NCBI RefSeq assembly: GCF_009914755.1
Contig: NC_060935.1
Length of the DNA: 64,000 bases
From: the human T2T-CHM13v2.0 reference genome, Homo sapiens
Reading direction: 5' to 3' (one strand)
Shown: positions 28,604-43,480 of the stretch, in pieces
Position numbering within the stretch: position 1 is the stretch's first letter
How the letters are laid out: every line of letters starts with the position of its first letter
Notes under the pieces: model-generated
The model's database searches: none
Seen by the model: only the letters and a program-made list of their open reading frames with translations
What the model was told of the DNA's origin: nothing
Made by a program: the position numbers and the translations under genes

Positions 28604-28985
28604 GATTCTAAAATCTTGTACTACTTTTTAAAGAAATGAACCTTGGCTAATTTCTAGACTGTCCATGAACTATTAGAGAAGCTCAAATAAAACTCAAATA
28701 AAATATTCCCTGGAAAGAAAAATAAATCACCTCTCCAGAAATCAGATATGGACTTCTCAATCCAGGGCACTCAAACTTCCACCTTTCAGATTTGACTGTT
28801 ATTATTAAATTAAGGCATCTTCAATTTTTTTTTCTAATAGGACTCTCAAAACCCAGTGAGTCACCAAGCCTTGATGTACAATATAGAATAGAATACAGAA
28901 GCTAGAAAGCCTTATATATATGTCTCTTTGTCATATACCAAGAGAGTGAAACCATAAGCTGTGCCTTCTCATTCAGCAATGATGC

Positions 28986-29360
28986 TGCTGTGTACTCAAT
29001 TGTGTCCCTCCTAAATTCCTATGCTGAAGCCCTAATTCCTATTGTGATGGTATTTGAAGATAGGGCCTTTGGGTGGTAATTAGGTTTAGTTGAGGTCATA
29101 AGGGTGGGAACCCATGATGGGATTAGTGCCATTATAAGAAAAGACACCAGAGAGCTTATTCTCTTACTCTCTCCTCACCAAGTGAAGACAGAGAGAGAAA
29201 GCGGCCACCTATAAGACAGGATGAAAGCCCTCACTGGGGTTCAATGGTGCTGGCACTCTGAGCCGGTACCTCCAGCCTCCAGAAGTGTGAGCAAATAAAC
29301 TGTTGTTTGAGCCAGATAGTCTACAGTATTTTGTTACAGCAGCCTGAAATGATTCAGAAA
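28986..29360 (+). mobile_element. MLT1A0-like MaLR solo LTR
   Basis: gatggtatttgaagatagggcctttggg...gattagtgccattataagaaaagacaccagagagc...ccagcctccagaagtgtgag...gtattttgttacagcagcc. Confidence 0.88.
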
Positions 29361-30699
29361 GATTTTCTGCAGGACTAACAGGTATATCTTTTGTACTTCC
29401 CTTTTTTAGTCAATAGACCAGATGAAGAGAACTGAGAATTACAATATTTGTTTCCAACTCCACTACACCCATTTTTGGAAGACCTGTTTTGAATCCACGT
29501 TTCCAAGGATGATTTACAAAAAGACGGCAAACTGAACAAAGCCCTGAGGAAATATTGACAAGTACAACCTTTCCCCAGAAGCAATACACATTGTCCCGGT
29601 GCCTGTTTATTGTCACCTTTATCTCCTTACTTGGGCTTGTCAGCAAGTGGTGCACCAGGATTTATCTTGTTGAGGCTCAAAGCTTTAGTGGTGTTGTCAT
29701 TCGCCAGCAGCTCTGGGTTCCTCTCAGCAAAAACAGTGGAAAGCACTTTTAATTGTAAGATATATTATGTTTAACTTCCACTAAAAAAAGATGGTGAAGG
29801 AAAAAAAAATTTTAAGTGTTTTTAGTTTGTAAATGAAAACCTAGTATTTATTTTGGAAAGATGGGTACAGTTATTTTTTCCCCATGTTTGTTCTATTCCC
29901 TTTAAGCTTCTAAAGGAACAAACAAAAAAACAGCTTAACTGAAATTAACAAAGGATGATGAAACATTTTTAAGCCTTCAAAAGGATAATACTGGATACTT
30001 GTAATTGCTAGCAATATTTGGAGTTAAGGGATAACGTTTAAAACTCAACTGAACTTTCTTTACGGTGGTAAGGATTTCTAAAAGTGAGATTCTAGGCCCT
30101 AGAATATTACCTTGGTTAGATAGACACCATTGTTACCTACATTTTACAAATAGAAAAAGTGAAGCTGAAGAAATTTGTGTTACTTGGGCCTGGTCACATT
30201 CCTAGCACCTGATGTGTTCAGGCTACAACCAAAGATTTTGGCTCCAATTCTAATGTTCCTTTCAATTTACTACATTGTCTAGTAATAGTGGCTTTGCTGG
30301 TGGTCATAGAGGTAAGAATAATGACAAGCATGTTTTGAGCACTTACACAATGAACAGGGTCTCTATTAGACTCTACAGGTAAAAACAAGAAATGAAGACA
30401 CTTCTGCCCGAGCAGATGCAAGTACATATTTAGTAAAAATGAAAGAACATGACTGTGGTTCAGTCCAATATTATTTTTGAGCATCTAATCTGGCAAAACT
30501 GATTTGCTCTTGGAGTAGCTTATATAGAATGGAAACATATCAGGATCAGGGGGCTATCTTTCTCAAATACTCATCCAGTACCTGCATGCCCTTCATTAAG
30601 TGTTCAACCTTGCTTCCACCTGAAAATGTTACGTGCAAATAACTCCCTCTTTGTTCAAGAAGCTGATTTAATCTCTGGCAAACTCTGCCTGAAATAATT

Positions 30700-30935
30700 T
30701 TTTTATTAGTGTGCGTTCCACAGTCAGATGGTCTAGAATGAAATACTAGCCCCATCAATTACTTATTGTGTTGCTTGGGGCAAATTACTTGACCTGTCTA
30801 TTCTTCAGTTTTCTCACGGGCAAAATAGAGATAATAATATTATCTCATTTGTAGTATTGTTTTGTGGATTAAATTATTAAATGCATGAATAGCATTTAGA
30901 ACACCGCATTATATTGTAAGTGTGCATCATGGCAC
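30700..30935 (+). mobile_element. MIR SINE
   Basis: cagtcagatggtctag...ttggggcaaattacttgacct...cagttttctc. Confidence 0.7.
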
Positions 30936-30960
30936 TTACACACATACATATATAATCTTT

Positions 30961-31252
30961 TTTTGTTTTTTTTGAGACGGAGTCTCGCACGGTCACCTGG
31001 GCTGGAGTGCAGCGGCACGATCTTGGCTCACTGAAACTTTCGCCTCCCAGATTCAAGCAATTCTCCTTGCCTCAGTCTCCCAAGTAGCTTAGATTAGAGG
31101 TGCCCACCACCACGCCTGGCTAATTTTGTATTTTAGTAGAGACAGGGTTTCACTATGTTGGCCAGGCTGCTCTGGAACTCCTGACCTCGTGATCTGCCCG
31201 CCTTAGCCTCCCAAAGTGCTAGGATTACATATGTGAGCCACCGTACCCAGCC
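30961..31252 (-). mobile_element. AluS
   Basis: Full dimer; TSD TATAATCTTT (30951-30960 / 31253-31262). Confidence 0.93.
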
Positions 31253-33148
31253 TATAATCTTTACTGTAACAAAATAATAAAATTTTTCTATTAGTTATAG
31301 TAATAATCATTATAATACTTCTAGTAGTAATTGAAGATTTTTTTTTTCACTATAGCTACAAGTCTGGTTTTTCTCATCCTACTCTACTGTACCTACATAA
31401 AGCAAGGGTAATAATTCTTTCATTTGACAGTTTTTTTTTCAATGTCTGATTCTAGAAGATAAGCTTTCTATTATTGGAGGTCAGCATTTTCCTCTCTCAA
31501 TCGCTTTTCTAACATCACAACCTAAGTTAGTTTAATACTGAAATAAGAACCAAAGCCTGACTTTCAGCTCTGGGTTTCTCCCCATGAAACTAGTCTCTCG
31601 AAATGTAAACATTGCACCTTCCTCAATTCTTTTCAGAGCATTAAATCAAACTTCTTTCTAGGTAACGTTTTTAATACTCCTCAAAATTGTAATTAAAATG
31701 AACCTATTTTGCAGCATTATAAACTCAAATTTTGTACTTTCTTCATATTATGAGACCTTTCATTTCAACCTAAGAATATTAACTTCCTAGTGGCCCAAAG
31801 AAAGAGAAAAAGAATCTATTATTAAAGATTATATGCCACACTTTTCTATAATTTGAATGACTAAGTAAACATACTAAATATAATACTAATGTCATATTAA
31901 CATATGAGTGTACGTTGAAGGTCTTTCTCACTTGTGAATGTGGGAAATTAATGACAATTGCTGTAACATAATCTAAGCACAACCAGAACAGCCTTCTCAA
32001 AGCCATAAACAAACAGAACACTTAGCCCTGATTAAAGAACAGAGGGTATTTCCCTTTTGCAGAGACGCATCATGCCTCCCATGAGCAGTACATGAGACAC
32101 TACATGTACAAGATTCATATTGCATATTGACCTCCACTGAGCACAGAGTCTTGGATATCTTGTTCACTGCCATTATCCCGGGAGCTAGAGCAGTAGTTGG
32201 CACATGATAGGTGGATCAATAAATTCAGAGTTAATGTATTAAGAAATGAATATCAGTTCCTTTCTCCTCTCACAGATCTTTTTTTTTCTTGGTGGTGTGC
32301 CTTACAGCCTCAACATGTCAAATGATTTTTTCTCCCCCAGGGATCCTTTATAAAAACTTGCTGTCAGAATTTTCATTTACAATGAAGTAGAAAAGTAGGA
32401 TGAAAGTTTAATTTATCACTCATGCATTTGATGATTCAAAAATCATTGTTGATCACTAAACACCTTGAATACAAAGAGGGATGAGAACATGTACTATTGC
32501 ACCATTCCTTATTTCTCTACATACATTTCCTCTGTTTTTCATTTGTATAATCTGTTCTAGTCAAACAAAACTTGTTTCAGCTTCTAGAACATAAGTTATG
32601 CTCTTTCTCATCTTCAGGCCTTTGGGCAACCTTAGACATCTCTTCTCCTTTTCTCCTGTTCTCTACCTTTAAAAGGAAGTCTCTGATAGTTCCAAAACAG
32701 GTTAGGTGTTTCTCCCTGTGCATTTAAGTACTTTATTTATTGCACTTTATTATAATTGTTTGGCTTTTTTCCCCCTGTATCTCTTCCTAGACTCCTTAGA
32801 TGCTAAATTCCATGAAGGCATTGACTATGTCCGTTTCCAAGTAGCCACAGTAAATAAACGAGAATAGTTACTTAGAACATCAGCAAATCAGTATATGTTG
32901 GAATTAAGGTATTATCACACACATACACAGACCACCCAATTGAGTATGCCAGTGTTACAGATGAGCAAATCACAGCTCACAGTGATATAGTGACCTCCTC
33001 AGTGTCTCAAAACCAGCTTGTGGCAGAACTAGAGTAACCACTTAGGGGACATTACTGCCCATCCAAGTGTTCTTCTTTTCACACCATATTAGCCTTTTCC
33101 CATTTTAGCTCTCTTTTAATAAGGGCCAAGGACTTGAACTACAATCTT

Positions 33149-33457
33149 TTTTTTTTTTTTTTTTTTTTTGAGACAGAGTCTCGCTCTGTCACTCAGGCTG
33201 GAGTGCTGTGGCATGATCTCAGCTCTCAGCTCACTGCAACCTCCGCCTCCCAGGTTCACGCCATTCTCCTGCCTCAGCCTCCCGAGTAGCTGGGACTACA
33301 GGCACCCACCACCACTCCCAGTTAGTTTTTTGTATTTTTAGTAGAGATGGGGTTTCACCATGCTAGCCAGGATGGTCTCAATCTCCTGACCTCGTGATCC
33401 GCCTGCCTTGGCCTCCCAAAGTGCTAGAATTACAGGCGTGAGCCACCATGCCTGGCC
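33149..33457 (-). mobile_element. AluY/Sc-like with a 7-bp internal duplication (ctcagct x2)
   Basis: ggttcacgccattctcc and agccaggatggtctc motifs; TSD TTGAACTACAATCTT (33134-33148 / 33458-33472). Confidence 0.94.
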
Positions 33458-34814
33458 TTGAACTACAATCTTAAAGCTCTAACTGTGGCAAAAGTTTAAT
33501 CACCAGTCAAAATATAGAAACCCCAAGTCTTTCCCAGTGGCCTCCCCTCAAAAGCTATCATATAAGAAATTTGACTGAAATTCCTGTTTGTATGTCTGAT
33601 CTTGAATTTATTTCTATGCATATACTTTAAAATATCTTGAGAACCTACTCAAAAATTTTTACATTAGAATTTCCTATATGCCCTTCTGCCCTTTATGTAC
33701 TTTACATACATTAACTTACATGATTATCACACAACTCAGTAGAAATTTATTCTTCTCATTTTACAGATGATCAAACTGAAATTAAGCCGAGTAATTTACC
33801 CAAGTCCACTCATCGAGTAAATGGAGGATGGGTAATAGAAATCTGGGTCTGTCTTTCATGAAGTGCATGCTTTCACCTGTTTTGTTTTTGTATTTGCTTC
33901 TCATTTATGCCATTGTAAGTCTGGAGTATCTAACACAAAAGATAGCCCTTTATCATTCAGCTGAATAACAGCTCTTATTGTAGGGGCTAAGCTTCATTTA
34001 CGCCTTTGACATTTTAAAGGGCTGTGAAGAAAAAAGAAGCTTGGAGAACTCTTCTCTTGTTATTTCTAAAACTCAGTGGGTATGTATATGTTGATGGGGA
34101 AAGACAGGTTTAAATATTGCATTTATTTTTGAATTTTTAATTGGCATAATAATGCATTGTCATTTAAGTTTTAACCTAGACTGCTGTGAGCAAGAATATT
34201 GCCCACTCAAATTAGGCTGCAAAATCCCACACAGTTTGATTAACAAATAGCATTCTTTATTCAGCTTTGGTTTGTGGCCTATATAAAACAAGGTGACCCT
34301 CATATATTGAAACCATGAACTCAGCCATCCTTTAGTATTATTTCCTTCATTGCCTTGTGTATATACACAGGGAAAGAAAAATGTCTCAATACAAAGTTAA
34401 ACTTCCCTTGGCCTGGATGTCAGCAGAGCTCCCGAAATTTCTGAAGAGTAAATCAATGTTCTCTGAGATTAAGGCTTTGAGGCACAGTAAATCCTCAATA
34501 GAGTGATAACTAAGACTGCACCCATGTCTGCGGACAGAAAATGTTGCCAATTCTCAAAGCATATCTCTCTTGTTCTTAAAGAGATAAGAATATACTATCC
34601 CAATGGCTTCAAAAGATTATGTTATGCCTTCATGAAACTTCTTGGATTTTACCAATCTACTTCTCAAAGCTATCAATATATCTATCATTCACACACAGTG
34701 CACACACACGGTTATCTGCCCTCACATACCTTTTAAATGTTGCTCCTGCTTTAACTTTTATCTCTGCACCTATGTGGTCGCTTCAGAATCATTATACTCA
34801 CTATGCCAGGCACA

Positions 34815-35240
34815 TGACAGGCAACTTAGTTTGAGCTCCATAAAAAACAAAGTCTGAGATGAGAATTGTGTGCAACAAGTTTATTGGGAATGATCACAGC
34901 TGTGGTCAAAGGAAGAGGCTAAGAGAGTAGTTGAATTGAAATGCAATTGTAATAACGGCCTTAGCCTATCTTATGGGGAATTCTAAACTTGGATTAATTC
35001 TTCAGAGTGGTCCTACCTTGAGGCAAATGGGTGGATTTTAACCAACTCATTGACCAGTCATTAATGCAGGCTCTCCTCTGGGAGTGGGTAAGATCTTGAG
35101 CAAAGTGGCTCTCTGGCTGGAGTCAGTTTCTAGAGAGGGATTCACTTGAGTACCATCATCTGCCAACAGTTTCAACATCTGGGAGTATGAGCAGGTGTGC
35201 TCTGAAGGGAGGATATGGTCAGCACACCACAGTGCCCTCA
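34815..35240 (-). mobile_element. LTR16A-like ERVL solo LTR
   Basis: tcttcagagtggtcctaccttgaggcaaa...accagtcattaatgcaggct...ctgaagggaggatatggtcagcacaccacag. Confidence 0.78.
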
Positions 35241-35771
35241 GGGCATGTACGGATACTTATGGTATGAATGAATAAATGTGTGCTGGTATGTGCCAGCATA
35301 CCAAACTAGTCATGTGCCACAGTCGGGAACAAAAAAAACCATGATGTTTGGTTCATGCCTTTAAGAGTTATTTTGGGGGACCATTGCTTTATCGCATTTG
35401 CAAAAAGAAAAAAGGAGGAGGAGGAGAAAAAGGCAAAGGAGAAGAAGAAGGGCCTGAGTTTAGCCAGTTTTATTTTTTAAGTGTTTTAAGCTATCACAAA
35501 AAGTGTATGCACTTCTAAAACAGGTTGCCCAGTGAGTATTGTTTATTCAAACCAAAGCTAAAATCCAAGAGGTTGAAAAAAAGAGCAGTAAAGTCTGAAA
35601 AACACTATGGGAAGGACATGTATCTTTTTAAGACCAAGAGAATTATGCTATGGGATTGGCAAGTTTTTCTAGATTTCATGCTGGTGAATCTGCCTCCTTG
35701 TCCTGCTCCTCATTAACAATTTGAAAAGGATCCCCTGGCCATTCCCAGGTTGCTGTCCCCACTCCACATTG

Positions 35772-35818
35772 TCACCTCCTGCTGGGACTAGTTCACCTCC
35801 TGCTGGGACTAGTTCACC
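35772..35818. repeat. Perfect 21-bp tandem duplication inside an L2
   Basis: (tcacctcctgctgggactagt)x2 followed by tcacc. Confidence 0.95.
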
Positions 35819-36323
35819 CCCTCCTAGTTAGCCTCCTTCTTTATGATCTAGGGTCCCACCACCACCATGCTTCCAACTCCCAAGTCATCCTTCACATTAT
35901 ATAGCTAGAGCATCTACCATTTAAGACAAATTTGTCTTTCCTCTACCTAAAACACTGTATTACTTTCCTTAAGAGCCTCTGAAAGGCAATAAAACTCCTT
36001 AAGCAGTTTTTTTTCTGCTTCTTCAACCTTATTCCCAACAGGTTCCTCATATTCACCCATCCACACACTACAGACACTACATCTGTCAATCCTGAATATC
36101 TTCATTTATTCAACAATTATATATTATTATATACACATATTGTGATGTCAGAGATATTATATGGGGGAAGGTAAATAATATGCACAAGTGTACAACATGT
36201 CTTCCAGGGCAGGCACTTCTTTTCTTCTTTTTCCTGGAATGCCTTTGCTTTATGAATGAGGTAAACATTTACGCATTCCTCAAAAATCCAACTCAGATAT
36301 AACACATTTAAAAAAAAAATCTC

Positions 36324-36631
36324 AGCCGGGCCTGGTGGCTCATGCCTGTAATCCCAGCACTTTGGGAGGCCAAGGCGGGCAGACCACAAGGTCAGGAGAT
36401 CAAGACCATCCTGACCAACATAGTGAAATCCCATCTGTACTAAAATGCAAAAAAATTAGTCAGGCATGGTGGCGTGTGCCTGTATTACCAGCTACTTGGG
36501 AGGCTGAGGTAGGGGAATCACTCGAACTCAGGAGGCAGAAGTTGCAGTGAGTCAAGATCATGCCTGCAGTCCAGCCTGGTGACAGAGCAAGATTCTGTCT
36601 CAAAAAAAACAAACAAACAAACAAAAAAAAA
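36324..36631 (+). mobile_element. AluSc-like inside L2
   Basis: Full dimer, gagatcaagaccatcctg, (CAAA)n tail. Confidence 0.92.
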
Positions 36632-36734
36632 CACTTATTCACCATCTACCCAACCAAGATAATCAATTCCTCTGTCTTATCTTGGATCGCTGCATTCTAT
36701 GCATATATGTCTTTACAGTTCACTATATATTCAA

Positions 36735-37250
36735 ACTTTAAAATTTTTTGGATGTTTTATTATGTATATATATGATACCTATATATAATAAATATGTAAC
36801 ATTTATATGTAGATACATTTATATATACTTCATACATATACTTGTATGTCTATATATACTGAAGCATTAAAATAAATAACTATAAACCCACCACCCACAT
36901 ATGAGAACTAGAACATTACACCTATTCCAGTTTCTACTTATACGCCTCTTTCCTGGACTAATTTTTCATTTTATCCTAGAATTATCACTATTCTGAAATG
37001 TATATTTATAACTCTCTTCATTTTGTTTTTATATCAAGTATATGTGCTCTTATTTTTTAGCACCATATTATTTACTTTGCATTATACTGAGGTTTGAAAT
37101 TGTAATATAATCACACAATGTACAATTTTTCAGTAGTGAAAATGAATACATTTCAACTACACACAACACCATTAACGAATGCTAGAAATCATAATGTTGA
37201 ATAAAAGAGAAAGTAGTATCTGACCACATACGTTATGGTTCCATTTTTAT
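36735..37250. mobile_element. L1ME-type 3' end (-, 36735-37130) joined to an inverted adjacent segment (+, 37131-37250)
   Basis: Antisense cactattctgaaatgtatatttata...taatcacacaatgtac, then sense gtgaaaatgaatac...cataatgttgaataaaag...ttccattttta; L2 on both flanks. Confidence 0.6.
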
Positions 37251-38353
37251 TGCAATATATTTTAATTATTTTTAACCTGTATATCTTTCCCACTAGACTA
37301 TAGTCAATGCATATTTGTTGAATTGAGTTAACTCATTAAACCACACCCATTCTGACTTCCAATCATCTCTTGGATTCTGGGCTATCTGACATTTCTTATT
37401 TTGATTTGGCTCCTGAGTCGTCTCCTCCCAAACCTGGTATTACTCTTTGTAATATGGTTTGACACACCATCTATATTTTTCCCTATGTCTGACCTTGGAT
37501 TGGTCCTATTTATAGTTTTGCTACTTCAGTGTTAGGACCAGCAGGTAGAAGAAATTCCTGACCAATCTATCATTTGAGGGACAGAACTTTCATTTGTCTG
37601 TTCCCCTAATAACACACAAAATACAAAACTAGTATATAATGAATAATTACAGCTCTGAAGGATTACATTGACTCAACTTCAATGACGATTCATTCAAACC
37701 CTTTATTCTCACTGTGTCAGTAGCTAATATCAGGAATGGCAATGCAATGAAATTCTCTCTGGAAACTGCTTGGTATGTACCACCTTTCCAAATTATTCAT
37801 TGGCTCCTAGAATAGTTGCATTGCATTAAAAGAGACCATGAAGATCATCACTCTAAAAGCCTAGCAAGTGCAAAAATTGCTTCGATAGCACCACTGTCAT
37901 ATAGTCCCTCAGCTTCAACTTTAACGCTTCCAAAACCACAGAGCTGAGTATGTCAAAGATCATCCATTTCATTATCGAATGGTTCCAAAAAAAAAAAAAA
38001 TGAAAGCTGGCAAGTTGGACCTTTGTTTGAATCCCTGTTGCATGCATGACCTTAGCCAAGCCTCTTGAAATCTCACAGCCTTAGTTTTCTCATCTATAAA
38101 TTAATTTAACATACCCACCCAGGAATTTGCCTTATACAGACTGGGTCCTTAATAAGTGTTAAGTCTGTTTTGCCTTCCATTTCTTTTTCCAAATGAAAAC
38201 CATGCAGGTGTGTAATAGCTTTTGTGAGTCTTCCCTTTCATAGGCTAAACAATCCTTTTTTTTTCTCTTTTTCTCTATTCCTCAAATCGCATGGTTTTCT
38301 CTCTTAGTGATGCCCCAAATCATACTTTCAGTTTTTAAAAAATAATGACATTG

Positions 38354-39109
<756 letters not shown>

Positions 39110-39169
39110 TAACCTAGGCTAGAAGCCTCCTCTATCACAGGAATCCAGAAAAGAAAAGCAGGAGAAGCC

Positions 39170-39422
39170 GTGCAATCAGATATGCGGTACATGAGAATGT
39201 ACACTAGGAAACAGTTTAAAATCCACTATGTGTCTCTTACCGGCTATGTGTCCTTAAGCAAGTCTACCCTGAGCCTCACTTTCTTCATCTGCATTAACAG
39301 AGTTAAAAATACCTGCATACGGTGTCTATTCTGAGGATTAAATGAGAAAAATCTCTCCTATAGTGCTTAGAAGTCTTCTAGCCACCTTGCAGAGACTCAG
39401 GAGATGGTAGCTATTATTATTT
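39170..39422 (+). mobile_element. MIR SINE, near full length
   Basis: ctatgtgtccttaagcaagt...ctgagcctcactttcttcatctg...gaggattaaatgag...gtagctattatt. Confidence 0.8.
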
Positions 39423-41041
39423 TGTATACTGACTCTGTGTCCTCATCTGTGTGTTACTGGTGTAATAACATCAATACCTCAGAATACAAATATGTAAGCT
39501 AACATTTATTCTGATTATTGAAATCAGTTACTCAAGCTACCATCTACCCCGAGGACCACCCCTCCCCTATATTCACACATTAAATTGCCCATGAAACCTG
39601 GGACTTTGTGGATTCCAGTGGGGGCAGCCTTATTTTTACACAAATTGCAGAGAGGTCACTGGAGAACCTGAACAGTTTGTGACGGGGATGCCCCTTCTGC
39701 TGAGTGGTTTTTTTTGTTTTTTTTTTTCTCTACCTCATGATGTCATTGGAATCCTCGAATGAAGTAAAGTACGGCCTCCCCATCAGATTGGCTCTTTTTT
39801 CAATGATGAGGAAATGTGGAATTTACTTCTTAGGATGCTGTCAGGGAGAAAACAATGCCACTTCCTTAAGGAATATGCTCAACTGGGGCTGTCCGTTGTC
39901 AACACTCACTTGGGCATCAGTTCCTGCACCTTAGATTATAATCTCCTAGAGGACTGGGACTGATTTTTATTCTTCCAGCATCTGGTATCCCAGATACTAT
40001 GAACCAAATTGCTGCTTAGTAAACTATATTAATTGATAATGACTAATTGTAAATATTCAAATCATATTAACCTAGTTTCACTTGAATATCAAAAAAAGTT
40101 GAATTTATGATACCAACAAATATGGTTAGGAAAATCATTTTATAGTAGCCATGAATTTTTTAAAAATGAAGTAATTAATAGTGTATATCACTGAAATTCT
40201 CAATTAAAGCAGTTATGCGTCTAGAATATGAGCTACAATAACAATAATTCCTTTTACATGTATGTGCATATCTATATATACCTATATGTATGCATTATAT
40301 TTGTGTAATACATGTATGTATATGTATATGTGCATTTACATATATGTATTTATATTTATTAAGGCTATTTAATCCTCACTGGGAGCATAGGTATCTATAT
40401 TTTATAAATAACCAAGTGAGGATCTAAGAGGTTAAGGGCCTTGGCCAGGTTTACACAGTAAATTAGTGACCTAGTTTAGACATCAAAATGCAGCTTCTCA
40501 GTCTGATGGTTTTATTCTAATATGATTTCCCTATTATGTTCTTTTCTATGATCTCATGAGTTAAACCATAATTTTCTCTAATATAAAAGATGAGTTCTTA
40601 TTCAGCCTTAATTTCCTACTTGTTTTGTATTCAATGTATACATTCTATTGCCAAGCTTTGCACGTTTTCCTTTCATAAGCTTTTTTATCTTCTTCTTTTT
40701 TGTTAGCCCACTCCTAGTGTCTCACTCATTTAACTACATTCAAAAATCTTTATTTAGTACCAAACACATGCCAGAAGCTAACCACAAATTGTCTTAACCT
40801 TCTTGCTTATTAAACAAAACAAAATAAAATAAAGCCTTTCTTCTAGAAATTTCAAGTATTGGAAACACTGGAAGTGGTTTCTTCGCCAGTTTCTGCAAAT
40901 TCCAATCCCATCATGAAAACATTAAGTGTTTCTTACTGGCTTCCTAGTGGGAGACCTGGTGCTAGAATAGTGTTCTCTAAATTTAGCCTGGCTAAATATT
41001 GGCTCTGGAAGATGCTCCTTCAAAATGAAGTGCTTCACAGA

Positions 41042-41461
41042 TGCTGTGGTTTGAATATTTGTCCTCTCTAAAATGCAGGTTGAAATTTAGTGCCCAATGT
41101 GGCAGTATTGAGGGGTAGGGTTTTTAAGAGGTGATTTGAGTCATGAGGGCTCTGTCCTCATGAATAGATTAATCTGTTCATGGATGAATGGATTGATGGG
41201 TTATCATGGGAGTGAGACTGGTGGTTTTATTAGAAGAAGTGAGACCTGAGCTAGCATGCTGTCCCCTCATCATGAGATGCCCTGCGCCACCTCAGGATGC
41301 TGGCGAGTGTCCCCACTGGCAAGAAGGCCCTCACCAGATGTGGCCGCTTGAGATTGGATTTCTCAGCCTCTAAAACAGTAAGAAAGAAACTCCTTTTTTA
41401 AAAAAATAAATTACCACCTTTCAGGTATTCTGTTATACGCAAGAAAAAATGAACTAGGATA
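41042..41461 (+). mobile_element. MSTC-like MaLR solo LTR, followed by a MER103-like element (about 41470-41640)
   Basis: tgctgtggtttgaat...gtcatgagggctctgtcctcatgaat...gaaggccctcaccagatg...caggtattctgttata; TSD ACAGA/ATAGA (4 of 5). Confidence 0.85.
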
Positions 41462-42167
41462 ATAGATATAAATTTGTGATTGTTATATACCATAGCTCAT
41501 AAGCCCATTCCAGTCTCTGTAGTTCTCTTTAAGAAAATAGCTGTTTAAGTTTGCTTAATCTTCTGTTTCCTAAATAAAGCATTTGATTTAATTTTGTTTT
41601 AATATGTAATTTCATCAAGAAAATACTTTGGGAACACTAAAATAGATTATGACTTTAGGAATGATGCTTTATTTATGTTTTTATTTCCACTGCCTAGATA
41701 GGTCTCTGGTGTGTATAAAACACTTGATATTTTAATCTCTTTTTCTTTTTTGATGAATTAAGGAATATAATATATGTTATTTATGTTTCCCTGTTTATAT
41801 TGCTGTCCTTCCTCTAACATCTTGCTCCTCGTTTCCTGTTCATACACACATCTCACCTCCAACACCAACATTCTTATTTTATAGTCCTAAGTTCTCCACT
41901 CACTCTTCCAGACTTTATCATCTGATTGGGAAATTATTTTGTTGACTCTGATGCCTGAATGCTTTTTTTCTCCATTAATCAAGTGCCTCCTGGAATTCCA
42001 ATTGCTTTATTTCTACCTAACTTAATCCCAAAGCCTACATAAATCCCAACTCTTTCATAAACATCTCAGATTCAGAGCCAGGGTATCATCCCATTTCCAA
42101 ATCTGCACTCTCACGGAAGTAGACCTGATACTTGTAATACTTAGCACTTCTATGTCTGTATCTACAC

Positions 42168-42378
42168 TCAGAGCTCGTAACATTTGGGGCCAGAAAATTG
42201 TTTAATTTATTGTTATGAGAAATTGTTCTGTATATTGAGGAATGTTTAGCAGTATTCCTGTCACTAAATGCCAGTGACACACCTCCAGTTGTGATAACCA
42301 AAAATGACTTCAGAAAAGTGCCAGACGTCACCTGGAGAATAAAGTCTCTCCCCACCCATCTCTGTTGAAAGCCTCTGA
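42168..42378. mobile_element. MER20 hAT-Charlie element
   Basis: acatttggggccag...atgtttagcagtatt...aaatgccagt...ccagttgtgataaccaaaaatg...tgccagacgtcacctgg. Confidence 0.82.
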
Positions 42379-43309
42379 TTTAAGGCTGTGTCCATATCCA
42401 TATTCATATTCATATCTTCATTTGGACTGAGAAGTAACATTGATTTATCTTCGTCTATGTTAGGCACCAGGTCCTATAGCATATGTTATCTGTTTTAGTT
42501 TTCACGATAATCCTCAGGGGTATTAATAGAACCAATTTAAACATGAGGAAGACATAGCTCAGAGGCAGAAATAACTCAAAACAAAATCAACTATGGTATG
42601 CACACATTTCCCTGCACCATATTAGTTACATGAAAACTTCTTAAGGACAGGATCCCCTCTGCTTTAACCTTGCTACCTCCCACTGGACTATCGGGTAGTA
42701 GTTGTATAATAAAAATAATAATAAGTTGGTGAATCAAAAGTAATATTCTTAGACTTAGTATATGAGCTTTAAACTTTCTCTGCACTGCAAATTTTCTAGA
42801 TTTGCCTTACCTATGAGTTGTCTACCTATTTCGTAACCCTATTATATTTATATTAGGTATGTAAATTGGATATAATTGCATTTAAGTGCATTATTAAGTG
42901 CATTATTTAATAATATAATTACGTTAATCTTTCTGTCTGTCTTCAAGTTTTGGCATTGTAGTATAATGAAAAATGCATGAGCTTTTCGAATCAAAAGCAT
43001 GTTAAATTTAAATTCTGACTCCATGCCTAACTGGCTCTGTGGCATTTACTTCAAAAACTAAATATTTCTGTGATCAATGCAAGGAATACAGAGATAAAAA
43101 CAAAACCCCGACTATCTAGAGATTTATACTCTAGTAAGGGAGAACAAAACTTGAAAAGAAATTAATTTAAATACCAAGATATAACATTAGAAGCACGTGC
43201 AAAGTACAAAGTACAGAGATGGCACAGAGGAGGGACGACTTACTTTTATCAGGTAAAGATATGGAACACTTTCAGAGAGATTGTGCTTATGATGGGTGAT
43301 AAGGAATAG

Positions 43310-43480
43310 ACAGAGCCAGAAGATAAGCCACTTCTACTTCCTGTGTCTCAATTTAGTATTTATAAAATAGGGATAATTATATATCTGATTCATAGGGTGG
43401 TTATGAGTATCAAATGTAATGGGACTACAGCATGTTTTGCATAGTGTTGAACAGATAGTAGACGCATAATAAATATTATC
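43310..43480 (+). mobile_element. MIR SINE fragment (preceded by L2 at about 43060-43300)
   Basis: ctgtgtctcaattt...taaaatagggataat...catagggtggttatgag. Confidence 0.65.

Noticed and set aside
29400-29760. Repeat-free segment with overlapping short ORFs, as a possible coding exon
   Set aside because: No recognisable protein similarity and no convincing splice acceptor/donor pair; at most a non-coding unique segment.
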